DNA from: Octopus vulgaris
Lineage: Eukaryota
DNA: 64,000 nt
Direction of reading: 5' to 3'
Assembly: GCA_951406725.2 (NCBI GenBank)
Contig: OX597816.1
Coordinates: 173,910,001 to 173,974,000, forward strand
Shown here: positions 1 to 10,340 of the stretch, one piece after another
Layout: every line of letters starts with the position of its first letter
Position numbering within the stretch: position 1 is the first letter of the stretch
Made by a program: the position numbers and the translations under genes
The notes under the pieces: generated by a model
Told to the model about the DNA's origin: nothing
The model's database searches: none
What the model saw: the letters and a program-made list of their open reading frames with translations, nothing else

Positions 1-1
1 A

Positions 2-281
2 GACTTTGTTTCTGCTTATACTGGTGATTTATTAGTAGCCAGTTCTTCCAAAACAGAACATGACCACTTTCAACAGCTTTTTACCAGGTTATCATACTAC
101 GGTATGGTACTTAATCCTATTAAATGTCTTTTCAGTGTTTCATCCCTAATATTTTTAGGTCATATTATTGCTAAAGATAGAATCTGACCAACAAAGGGAA
201 AAGTGGAAGCTGTTTTAATTTCCAGTATCTACATCTCTGCAGAAATTGTGAAACTTTCTAGGTTTAGTAAATTTATACAGA
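2..281 (+). pseudogene. Ty3/Gypsy reverse transcriptase C-terminal fragment (decayed)
   Basis: Manual translation DFVSAYTGDLLVASSSKTEH...LNPIKCLFSVSSLIFLGHII...*P...KVEAV, then frameshift FPVSTSLQKL*NFLGLVNLYR. Matches the Gypsy YxDD / KC.F....FLGH / FLGLVNFYR motifs. Confidence 0.8.
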
Positions 282-289
282 ATCAATAA

Positions 290-675
290 GTACCATTTAT
301 GCGTGGGTTGTTTCCAGTGCCGCCTGACTGGCTCCCCATACTGGTGACATGTAAAAAGCACCATCCAAACATGCTCAATGCCAGCCCCCCCCCCCCCCTC
401 ACCCCGACTGGCTCCTGTGCCAGTAGCACATAAAAAGTACCATCCAAACATGGCTGATGCCAGTGCCATCTGACTGGCTCCCATGCCAGTGGCACATAAA
501 AAGCACCCACTACACTCTTGGAGTGGGTTGGTGTTAGGAAGGGCAACCTGCTGCAGAAACATCGCCAGATCATATTAGAGCCTGGTGCAGTCTCTTGGCT
601 TTCCAATCCCCAGTCAAACTGTCCAACCCATGCCAGCATAGAAAATAGATGTTAAACAATGATGATGATGATGAT
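290..675 (+). mobile_element. RTE-LINE 3' UTR repeat (family A) with (GAT)n tail
   Basis: Three GGCAC(G/A)TAAAAAGCACC units, a GGTTGGTGTTAGGAAGGGCA motif and a GATGATGAT tail. The same sequence follows RTE ORF ends at 27295-27897 and 51845-52537. Confidence 0.8.
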
Positions 676-782
676 TTCATATTGCACTGTGGAGAAATAA
701 CTAATTCTCTTACAGAACATAACAGAAGGCAGAAAAAATTTTTTAAATGCAAAAATTATGCTAACAGCAAATAAAGTAGAGA

Positions 783-948
783 GAGAAAAACAACTAGTTT
801 TAGATCTCTGAATGAGATCTATGTCGTAACAGTACCGTATAGTAAAGTTTATTTGCCAACATAACATAGCAGTCCTGTTACTATGTTACTATTTTTTAAC
901 TCCAGGGAAACATTTTTTCCAGCTGGTTATCGACATATGATCTGTGTC
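783..948 (-). repeat. Partial monomer of the hammerhead-containing (retrozyme-like) repeat
   Basis: Reverse complement of ~2720-2890 (GACACAGATC...GTAACATAG...TTATGTTGGCAAATAAAC...AAAACTAGTTGTTTTTCTC). Confidence 0.8.
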
Positions 949-949
949 A

Positions 950-2271
950 AAAACAAAAACCATAAACAGAAGAAATAAAGAATATGAAACAGAAAAAAAT
1001 GAACCCGGCAGCCTAGAAGGACAAGCAGCTCGCATTTCCTTTCCTCGATGATTAAGCTGGGTTACTAGCATCCACCTTTTTCATCACTTCCTTCCATCGT
1101 TGCTCATATTCAGTCGGTGGCATGGTCCTCTTTTCCAACCCCATCTTGCTCTTCTGATGGCATCTGAAGTAAGATAGCAAACCAGGGCCGGAGACAAAGG
1201 ACCCTGTCACAGAACCTTCCATTCTTGTTACCTAAACACACTCTATCAGTACTGCAACTGTACAGTAAAAGCAAGCCTCACCTTCCTTTGAGGGTCCAGT
1301 TGGCGGTATCATCTTTATTATAGATCCAGCCGATAGCTGTACTTGTCCTAGATGCTCCCGACATTGTACAAAAGCGTGCTGGACAGTTTCCTTGTCCACC
1401 CCACATCTTGGACACATCGGTGGCACTGACATTCCATGCCTGGATAACTTATCACGAACAGGTAAAGCATTCCTGTAACACTGCCAGGTCAAGGATTTTT
1501 GGAAGTTGTCCAAATACCCTGGCCTGAAAGTTTTTCTGAACAGGTTGGTAAGTTGGTTCTCATTGAACCCCAGAGCTCCCCCTAGGACATCATCGTTTTT
1601 TGCCTCTACCAGCCCTCTACAGAACACCAAGGTGGTATTCCCGCTGCCGGCCTTGCCCGTCTCATGGATCAGCCAGAGTGCCTGATGGCACTCCTTCTGC
1701 AATAAAGTCAGATTGCGTCTTTTAATGAAACCGGGTTTAAATCTCTCCAAAGAGGCTGGTCGCGGCAAGAACTCCTCCGCCAGCGGACTCAACACCTTAC
1801 CACCCTCCAGGTGGCACCAGAAATGTCTCAGCCTCAACGCATGTCTACACATCATTAGCCAAGGCATTCCCAGTTCACCCTTTAACGGTTCCTGGCAGCA
1901 AACAGAGTGCCTCACAAGTGGCTTTCCTCCCTTCCACAAAAAGCGGAAGAGGAGTCGTTCCAACTTGTTTAGCAAGGCACAATGGACAGGCGGTAGGTGA
2001 TTACAGATGCTATAAACACCTGCACCACCTCCACCCTGCCCTTCAAGGACAGAGGCCTTCTGGACCACTTCCGTACTATGGCCTCCACCTTGTCCACTAA
2101 CTCGCTCCAATTCTTCTCCATCTGGGAGTCTGGGCCAAACCAAACTCCAAGCAACTTGACAGAACTATCTGTGCAGTGTCCAACGACACTGGACGATATC
2201 GGCTTGTTCCTCCAGGTGCCAAGGAGCAAACTGATGGACTCGGCCTTGTTAACTTTTGCTCCTGCCACCGT
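950..2271 (-). mobile_element. Tx1/L1-clade LINE ORF2 3' fragment (RT end plus zf-RVT), frameshifted
   Basis: ORFs 1969..2295 and 1232..2143: AGAKVNKAES, KLLGVWFG, WSRRPLSLKGRV, LFRFLWKG, GLGMP-like, LPVRDKL...CPRCG..KETVQHAFVQC. Confidence 0.9.
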
Positions 2272-2532
2272 GTAGTAAGGTTTATTTGCCAACATAATGT
2301 GACAGTCCTGCAGAGGACTATGTTACTACTTTTTCTCATGAGATCAGTGACTGTCAGTCACTTCAATAAGTATTTACTGTGAGTAAGGTCAGGTAGCTGC
2401 TGTCTCTAGCCAGGTGGTTGTCCAGCACTGTTACTAGTTTTTAACCCCAAGGAAAACATCTTTTCCAGCTGATTATCAATACATGATCTGTGTCTGAGAC
2501 ATACTGTAAATAAGGGAGCTTACTGCTCCCTT

Positions 2533-2610
2533 CTAGCCATTAGCAGTACCTGCAGGTCAATGGTTTCTGGGTAATTTTTTGTCTTCAGTGTTGGACAACC
2601 ACCTGGCTAG
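2533..2610 (-). ncRNA. Decayed copy of the same hammerhead ribozyme
   Basis: Minus strand CCAACA-CTGAAGA-CAAAAAATTACCCA-GAAA-CCATTGACC-TGCAGG; core kept, stem II and cleavage triplet mutated. Confidence 0.7.
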
Positions 2611-2960
2611 AGACAGCAGCTACCTGACCTTACTCACAGTTTATACTTATTGAAGTGACTGACTGTCACTGATCTCGTGAGAAAAACAATTTAAGCTCCC
2701 TTACATACAGTATGTCTCGAACACAGATTATGTGTGGATAACCAACTGAAAAAGATGTTTTCCTGGGGTTAAAAAGTAGTAACATAGTCCTATGCAGGAC
2801 TGCCACGTTATGTTGGCACATAAACCTTACTACGTGGTACTGTTACTACATAGAACTCATTCAGAGATTTAAAACTAGTTGTTTTTCTCCTTATAAGATC
2901 AGTGACTGTTAGTCACTTCAATAAGTATATACTGTGAGTAAGGTCGGGTGGCTGCTGTCT

Positions 2961-3026
2961 CTAGTCCAGCACTGAAGATGGGAAATTGCCCAGAAACTAT
3001 TGGTCTACTGGTACTGCTAACGGCTA
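2961..3026 (+). ncRNA. Type I hammerhead ribozyme motif
   Basis: CCAGCA-CTGAAGA-TGGG(AAATTG)CCCA-GAAA-C(TATTG)G-TC^-TACTGG: intact CUGANGA and GAAA core, 4-bp stem II, minimal stem III, GUC cleavage site after 3005, stem I 5/6 pairs. Confidence 0.85.
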
Positions 3027-3318
3027 GGAGGGAGTAGTAAGCCCCCTCACTTACTGTATGTTTCAGACACAGATCAGGTTTTAATAACCAGCTGGAAAAG
3101 ATGTTTTCCTGGAGTTAAAAAGTAGTAACATAGTCCTATGCAGGACTGCCATGTTATGTTGGAAAATAAACTTTACTAAATAAACTACAATTATTTATGA
3201 ATATTAAAGAAAAATTATCTATATTTACTTTATTGATTCATCCAATAGCAGAGCACATTTTTTTTTATCCACACCAAGCGACTACATGTGTGTGTATAAG
3301 AAAAACGATATTTACTAA

Positions 3319-3598
3319 CAGACCGGGCGTTGTGAGTGTTTATTGAGCGAAAACACCTAAAGCTCCACGAGGCTCCACAACTTTCTCTCTCACTCTTACT
3401 TCCTGTTTCTGTTGTACCTGTATTTCAAAGGGCCGGCCTTGTCACTCTCTTTGTCACGCTGAATATCCCCGAGAACTACATTAAGGGTACACGTGTCTGT
3501 GGAGTGCTCAGCCACTTACACGTTAATTTCACGAGCAGGCTGTTCCGTTGATCGGATCAACCGGAACCCTCATCGTCATAACCAACGGAGTGCTTCCT
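3319..3598 (+). mobile_element. 5'-truncated tRNA-derived SINE (family D)
   Basis: Matches bodies at 34393-34776 and 55020-55385; flanked by TTACTAACAGA direct repeats. Confidence 0.85.
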
Positions 3599-4278
3599 TC
3601 CTTACTAACAGAAAAGTATGCTGCTCAAATAAATTACTTTTTACATATCTTTTTCTAAACCACTGTGGATAGATCCCAGCAATGTGCTGAATAAAATGTT
3701 TTGTAAGCAATTTGTAACCCATATTAACATTTGTTTTTTAATGAGTGTGACAGGAATGCAGAAACACCAGGAGTGGCCGTGTGGAACCAGAGACATAGCC
3801 AGCAAGATTTGGTGGGAAAACGAATATTTATAATTGGAAAAGATCATAGAAATACATTTAAATGGAAAAAATTCTTGTTTTACAGAAAAAGGTTTATTAA
3901 AATGTTGAGCCTTCAAAATTTAGAAACTAGAATCAAAAAACTTTTTAAATTCTAATTGGCATTTTGTTGCACTTCTTGAAAAAAAATGGTTTTAATAATA
4001 AACTCTTCTCTTCCTTCTCTCTCTTCCATTCCACTTTTCAATCTACATAATAAACGGGTCATTATCCTTCTTCCCAGACCTCTTTCATGCCTCTTCTCTC
4101 TCTGTTTCTTTTCCTTTTTTCTTCATTCCATCATTTACCTCTTTGAATAGCTCATTATCCAGTCTTCTTAGAACTACCTCTGTTTCATGTTTCTCCTCTC
4201 CTCCATTCCTTATTTATCTTCTTCCATCCTTAACCCCCATCAAATGCATCTACTTGTGCTTCTAAAAGAAATGATATA

Positions 4279-4692
4279 GCAGGAGTGGCTGTGTGGTAAG
4301 TAGCTTGCTAACCAACCACATGGCTCTGGGTTCAGTCCCACTGCGTGGCATCTTGGGCAGGTGTCTTCTGCTATAGCCCCGGGCCGACCAATGCCTTGTG
4401 AGTGGATTTGGTAGATGGAAACTGAAAGAAGCTTGTCGTATATATGTATATATATATATGTATGTGTGTGTGTTTGTGTGTCTGTGTTTGTTCCCCTAGC
4501 ATTGCTTGACAACCGATGCTGGTGTGTTTACGTCCCCATCACTTAGCGGTTCGGCAAAAAGAGACCGATAGAATAAGTACTGGGCTTACAAAAAGAATAA
4601 GTCCCAGGGTCGAGTTGCTCGACTAAAGGCGGTGCTCCAGCATGGCCGCAGTCAAATGACTGAAACAAGTAAAAGAGTAAAGTGTAAGAGAG
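4279..4692 (+). mobile_element. tRNA-derived SINE (family B, ~410 bp)
   Basis: A/B-box head (TGGCTGTGTGG; GGTTCAGTCCC), CTTGGGCA(A/G)GTG core-like block, internal (TA/TG)n, AGAGTAA tail; many copies in the window. Confidence 0.9.
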
Positions 4693-5039
4693 TTAATCTT
4701 CATTTGTTAATAAAAGGGGACTGAAGTGGTGCTATTCTCCATACCCTTTAAAAATAAGATCTGTTTGCTGATGAGATGAACATTTCAAAAAGTACAACAA
4801 AATGCCAATTAAATTAAAAAATTTTTTTTTCAATTATAGTGTCCAACTTTTGAAGGCTCAACATTTTATCAAACTTTTTCTGTAAAACAATTTTTTTAGA
4901 AAAGTTTGAACATTTTGTTGAACCTCTTTTCTGTAAAACAGGAAATTTTTTCCATCTAAATTCCTTGTTAAGATTATAATATATCATTTATTATGTAGAT
5001 TATCATTCAAGTACCATTGCCATCGTTAGCCAAATTTCT

Positions 5040-5408
5040 GGTTCATTCCCATACCACGTTGAGGTGATTGTTGGTTTCTATGGGGCGAAAGACCACCACG
5101 GCACGTAAAAAGCACCATCCAATCGTGGCCATTGCCAACCTCGCCTGGCCCCCGTGCCGGTGGCACGTAAAAAGCACCATCCGTCCGTGGCCGTTTGCCA
5201 GCCCCGTCTGGCACCTGTGCGGGTGGCACGTAAAAAGCACCCACTACATTCACGGAGTGGTTGGCGTTAGAAAGGGCATCCAGCCATAGAAACACTGCCA
5301 GATCAGACTGGGCCTGATGCAGCCTTCTGGCTTCCCAGACCCCAGTTGAACCGTCCAACCCATGCTAGCATGGAAAAACGGACGCTAAATGATGATGATG
5401 ATGATGAT
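5040..5408 (+). mobile_element. RTE 3' UTR repeat (family A)
   Basis: Units at 5100, 5162 and 5225 (62-63-bp period) and a (GAT)n tail. Confidence 0.85.
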
Positions 5409-5759
5409 AAAAAATATCTGATTATTTAGCCCCAGACCACACCTGAGCTAGCAGACCTACGATCAAAGATGTTTCAGCTTAACCAATCATCCTGTATTTC
5501 TGATATAGTAAGTTTAGAAATACATCATCAAAAGTGTCTTTTGTAAGAGAGAGTAGGAAGTGATTTGAGGGTAATTTGGTTGCTATTTCTAACAGGTAAA
5601 GTGACCTGTACCAGCCTCTGTTTATGCTATCCAGGTTACCCTTGAGCCCAGTGAAAAGGAATTAATGGGAATTCAGACATAGTGTAAATTAAATCTGACC
5701 TGGCTATGATCACCGGAAAGAAGACAGGACCCAGTGGGCAGGTTAACTTCTCTAGCATT

Positions 5760-6440
5760 GTGAGAGAGAGAGGAATAGGTAGACAGGAAAGAAAGGATAG
5801 TGAATCATGTTCCGGAGATAGAGGAAGTGTAAGAGAGAAAGAGCGGAAATTAAAGCAGTAGAGTGTAAGAGGGAAATGCAAATAAAAAGACAGAGAGAAA
5901 GGGAGAGATAGAAACAGAGACATAGAAAAGGGACTGCTCATAGATAGACAGGAGGACTGAAAAAGGATTAATAGAAGGAGAATAAGTTGAAAAGAGAGTA
6001 AACAAACACAGAAAGAGAAACAGTGGGAGAAGGAAAAGCAAATAGAAGAGACAGAAAGAGAGAGAAACAGGTAGAAATATAAAGAGGAAATGACTGATAG
6101 AAAGGGGAGGAGAATAAGTACAAGAGGGAGTAAACAAACATAGAAAGAAGAAGAGTGGGAGAGGATAAGTAAGAGTAAAACAGAGACAAACAAACAGAAA
6201 GATATATAGAGAGAGTGGGGAGAACTCGTGGATAGAGGGAAGATTGATAGAGAACTGACAGAGAGGGAAGGAGAATAAATTGAAAAGAGAGTAAACAAAC
6301 ATAGAAAGAGGAAGAGTGAGAGAGAGACATAGAAAGATAAATATATAAAGAGGGGACGACTGAGAAGGGGAGGAGAATAAGTAGGAGAGAGTAATCAAGC
6401 ATACAAAGGGGGAGAGGATAAGTAAGAGTAAAAAGAAAAC
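5760..6440. repeat. GA-rich degenerate tandem repeat (~100-160-bp units)
   Basis: GAGTAAACAAACA(C/T)AGAAAGA recurs near 5995, 6128 and 6289; strong purine skew explains the spurious minus-strand ORFs. Confidence 0.75.
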
Positions 6441-6972
6441 TGCAATGTGAATATGAAAAGGTTCTTGAGAAAATTATGTTAAAAAGATTAGGCACCGATA
6501 ATTACTTCCCCCTTAGCGAAGGCGAATGTATTGTTTCAGTTGTGTTTATTTGTTTGTTTGTGGACAAGATATCTCAAGAATTGCTGGATGGATTCAGATG
6601 AAATTTTCAGGGATGTTTGGCCTCATGACTGGCATGAACTGATTAGATTTTGAGATTGATCCAGTATTAGACAAGGATCCTGAATTATTTGTTATATTTA
6701 CTTTACATTGAGTATTACGATCTTACGTTGACTTTCAAGTCTTTCTCTGATTATCTCCCTTGAAACCACTTAAGTTATGGCAGCATTGCTGTTTCAAAAA
6801 TTTTATTTTTCATTTCTCTATTTTTAATTTTACTTGAGTCTCTATTTTAGTAGAAATTGATGGATAAAGAAATCAAACTACATAAACAAACGGCAGCAAA
6901 ACCGTCCACAAATTAAATAACACTAACATATTCAGTAACAATATTAAATCTAATTTATCCTCAACAATTTTT

Positions 6973-7397
6973 GGATCTTTTCACTTTGACCAGCAGATTT
7001 AAAAAATAATTTTTTGTAACTAAACACTTTTAAACTTCGTATACTGATAGAATGTGTCACATAAAACATCTATTTCTCTTGGCGTTCTTGAGAAAATTCT
7101 GTAGTTTGTAAGCTATTTGTTGTTAAATTTCTCATATTTCAGCAATTTCAACCAATCAATGACGTCTATTGAGGTGAATACAATTACTGCTGTTGTTTGT
7201 CAACAAGAAGTTCCGGCAGTGTAACGTTAACACCTGAGATTATCTGTTCTTTATATAATAAATATGTAGTTAATTCATTTTATAACGGCAGGAAGAAAAA
7301 AGTATTAGAAAAAAATTGAAAGAAAAACGCACACAAAACAAGAAGATTATCATTTTTTTGTACCCCTCCATCACTGTAGGGTCATAATTATGGGTGG
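6973..7397 (-). mobile_element. Merlin-like non-autonomous element fragment
   Basis: GGATCTTTT terminus and AAACTTCGTATACTG.TAGAATGTGT subterminal block as in 12666-13645; 7378-7397 is the reverse complement of ~12716-12737. Confidence 0.65.
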
Positions 7398-7668
7398 ACA
7401 CAGGTAATAGTTTCCCATATATTTGCATTTTGGTTGGATGGCGCTTCCACGAGAGATTTTGAGCTCCCATAAGGAGGCGAGTGTAGGTTCCATCCAACCG
7501 CCTCTCAAGCTTCTTTGATAACGTCCAGGTTTCTGAGCCATATAGTAGAATTGGTTCGACTGTGGCTTTGAAGATTTCAAGTTTGAAGTCTCTACTTAGA
7601 TTTGATGACCAGATCTTATGCATGTCATTACAGGCTGACCAGGCCATACCCTTTCTAGTTAGAAAGTC
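7397..7668 (-). mobile_element. RTE LINE fragment (same family as 36515-38040)
   Basis: DFLTRKGMAWSACNDMHKIWSS...EPILLYGSETWTL...LDGTYTRLL; near-identical to ~37520-37790. Confidence 0.9.
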
Positions 7669-7821
7669 TACCATTGGGATCAATTAGGTACCAGACAAGG
7701 ATTCTGGATTATTTTTCCGGTTTTTTAAAGCTTAATTTTTGAGAGCGGTCGGGTTCATTTTTAGTATTCTTGTTTATGAGAGCAGTCGAGTTTATTTCAG
7801 ATATTCTCATTTTAAAAATCA

Positions 7822-8209
7822 CTAGCAGTATCGCCCGGCGTTGCTCGGGTTTGTAAGGGAAATAACTATATAAGCATTTTTAGAGATGTAAAGTATAATA
7901 GCCATCTCAATATGGCTAACCACAAAGGGGGGGGGGGGGTTACTGTAGCTTTTTACGTTCTGAGATTTAATAATACGTTTTTAGAGAGTTACTTCCCTTA
8001 TATAATAGCAAAAGATGCATTAAAAATGGGATAAAATGATGGTAAATTCTTTTTAAAATCGTAGACTCGGGCTAATACCCAGAGGGGCTTGATATGAATC
8101 ACGACTATAAGATACCCGGTTTTGGTTAAACTGCACCGCAAAATGTGGGAGTAGTTAGGAATCTAAATCGTAGGAGACAGACACACAACTTCACTTTTAT
8201 ATATAAAGA
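7822..8209 (-). mobile_element. Non-autonomous Helitron (family H)
   Basis: 5' TC(TTTATATATAAAAG), 3' hairpin CCCGAGCAACGCCGGG then CTAG, inserted between A and T. Confidence 0.9.
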
Positions 8210-8754
8210 TTTCCGGTTAATCGTTGAGAGGACATGGATGTTGCCTTGGTGGAGGTTTGCGCTGAGTGCTCATTATAATTATGATGCTATAAATCTTATA
8301 TGAAAATAAAGGTTATAATACAATGAATATTTTAACAAAGTTTAAGAAAGTTAATGGAAATTTAAAAATCGGTATTTCTAATGTGCAGTGAGGTTACGGA
8401 ATTATAGTCAAGACACGTTTGAGCTGGACTCAACATTTTGTTGGGTCAAGTAGTGCTTGACCAGTATGTATAAATAAATGACTAATCTCCTACTTTCCCT
8501 TCCTAAAATTGCTGGCCTTGTGCAACAATTTGAAACTTTGTTTTAAGTAAGGCGAGGGGGCGGGGGGGGGGTTCAAAATCATCAAATGTCAGGAAATGCC
8601 TTGCAGTATTCATTCTGTTTCTTAAAATAAAGTCCCAGTCAAGATGATGAAATATAAAAAAAAAGCAATGAAATAGCAGGGACCAATTTCACCATCTAAT
8701 CCCCTACCGCCACTATAACTGGGCTTTACGCCTAAATTAGAAAACACTTATTAC

Positions 8755-8930
8755 GGCAGGGGGATTGGTAGAATCATGTGTTGGACAAAATACGTTGCGG
8801 ATCTTTACAATCCAAGTTTAAAACCTGTTGAGTCAACTTTACCTTTCATCTATTCAGGGTCAGTGAAATAATGTAGTGGGGTCGATGTAACTAACAAGCC
8901 TTCCCCTTTTAATATAACAGGTCTTAGAAA
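8755..8930 (+). mobile_element. Old decayed SINE (family C-like)
   Basis: GTCAACTTTACCTTTCATC...GGGGTCGATGTAA, similar to family C. Confidence 0.55.
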
Positions 8931-9212
8931 CAGTTAATAGTTTAGTGATGTGAAATCAATTTTGGGCAAATGCTTAAAAAGCTCACTCTGTGTTCAGTCC
9001 TAGTGTGTGTGTCACATTGGGTATTTTCTATTGTGGCCACTGGTCAACCCAAATATCATTGAATAGACAATGGAAGTTCATCTGATGGTCTTTGTATCAT
9101 GTGGCTGCTGGCTGGACAATGGATAGTTTTATTAGTGTCCCCTATGTTGCATGTAACCAGACATGGTATCAGGTCAAAGGAGAATAATATTGTCTTCTTT
9201 CGTATCCTTCAC

Positions 9213-9410
9213 GGATCTTTTCCCTTTGAACGGCAGATCGAGAAATTAATTTTTTGTAATTAAACATTTTCAAACTTCAGACACTGGTAGAATGTGTCAT
9301 ATAAAACATCTTTTACTCTTAGTGTTGTTGGGAAAAGTTTATATTTTCAAAGTTATTTCGTGTTAAAGTTGTCGTATTTCGGTAATTTCAACCAATCAAT
9401 GACGTGTATT
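9213..9410. mobile_element. Merlin-like terminal fragment
   Basis: GGATCTTTTCCCTTTGAACGGCAG TIR plus subterminal block. Confidence 0.7.
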
Positions 9411-9719
9411 GCATTTGTATACTGTTCACAGATGCTGACATTTTTTGTTTTCTGTGAATTTTTCACGGGTCCAGCTAGTATTATTATTATGCTATGAAAC
9501 TTAACATAAAGTATTTGCAATTTTGACCAAATTTAAGAAAGTTAATGGATATTAACAAAATTGAAAAAAATCGATTTTCTTATGCGCTGCGAGGTTACGG
9601 CTTGTTTGAACTCGACCCAACATTTTGTTGAGTCGATCACATTTAGTATTTGATTAATTAAGACAAATTAACATTTCTTTATATACCTTTATTAAACAAC
9701 TGCAGATAAATTTCAAAAT

Positions 9720-10340
9720 GTCTGACATTTATCGCACTTCACAATAAAAATCATAGCGCACCACCTCATCCACATTTATATTTCAGTCTACATTTTATCT
9801 GTGCCCTGCCTCTATGTCCCACTAATGGGATCTACGAAATTACGGGAATGGTTGATGGCATGGAGATATCTCAGTTTCTAAAGACTGTTACAACTGGGCT
9901 ACATATCTGTGAAAATTGTTGAACTTGCTTCCACATTTTTAATGATAGCCATTTCTAGTTTTTCTACCTTCCTATTAGAAACAAGTTGCAAGTAACCTTT
10001 TTACTGGATATTGTCAAATCGAATAACCTGAAACTTTTCGCAATTCTGCCAACTTTACAATATGTCAATAGGGCCACCTAATTTTTTTTTAATCGCTGAT
10101 CAACTTCTGCACATATTTCTCTCACCATTATTCATATCACTGAATGGCTGTCCTTACTAATACTGCTTATATACAAGCAACTGGTCATTGGCATTTCACA
10201 AAAACAAAAATGTAAATACCATCAACTGATGTCTTTCTATTAAAGGTATTTCTGATTGATACAGCTTTTTACAGTCGCAACAATACCAAACTCCGTCCAT
10301 TGCATGCTTGAACGGCTGTATTGTTATCTGGTAACAGTAA
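9720..10340 (-). pseudogene. Merlin (IS1595/ISXO2-like) transposase pseudogene
   Basis: Manual minus-strand translation: DGVWYCCDCKK, LGGP, KKGYLQLVSNRKVEKLEMAIIKNVEASSTIFTDM*PS, HAINHSRNFVDPISG, matching the Merlin I.SD.W..Y and VNHS.NFVDP..G motifs. Confidence 0.8.

Larger units (their letters stand above)
2272..3178. repeat. Rearranged array of ~350-nt retrozyme-like monomers (minus block ~2430-2690, plus blocks ~2330-2430 and ~2692-3178)
   Basis: AAAGATGTTTTCCTGG recurs at 2751 and 3097 (346-nt spacing); inverted copies present; several hairpins (AGTCCT-ATGC-AGGACT, AGTGACT/AGTCACT, AAGGGAGC/GCTCCCTT). Confidence 0.8.
6500..8272 (+). mobile_element. Fragmented Helentron-associated (HINE/DINE-1-like) element with nested insertions
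   Basis: 5' ATTACTTCCCCCTTAGCGAAGGCG, (TTTG)n, GGATGGATTCAGATGAAATTT block; 3' GCCTTGGTGGAGGTTTGCGCTGAGTGC. Pieces at 6500-6690, 7675-7820 and 8210-8272. Confidence 0.55.

Noticed and set aside
4240-4512. Recurrent MSSNARGTNTDT and MFIERKHLKLHEAP ORFs suggesting a gene family
   Set aside because: They are translations of SINE families B and D.
5098-5240. CRISPR-like repeat-spacer pattern
   Set aside because: Spacers are mutually homologous, the context is a eukaryotic LINE 3' UTR and there are no cas genes.
5636-6495. Three long overlapping hydrophobic ORFs on the minus strand
   Set aside because: Artefact of a CT/GA low-complexity repeat lacking stop codons; open in all three frames with L/S/F-biased composition.
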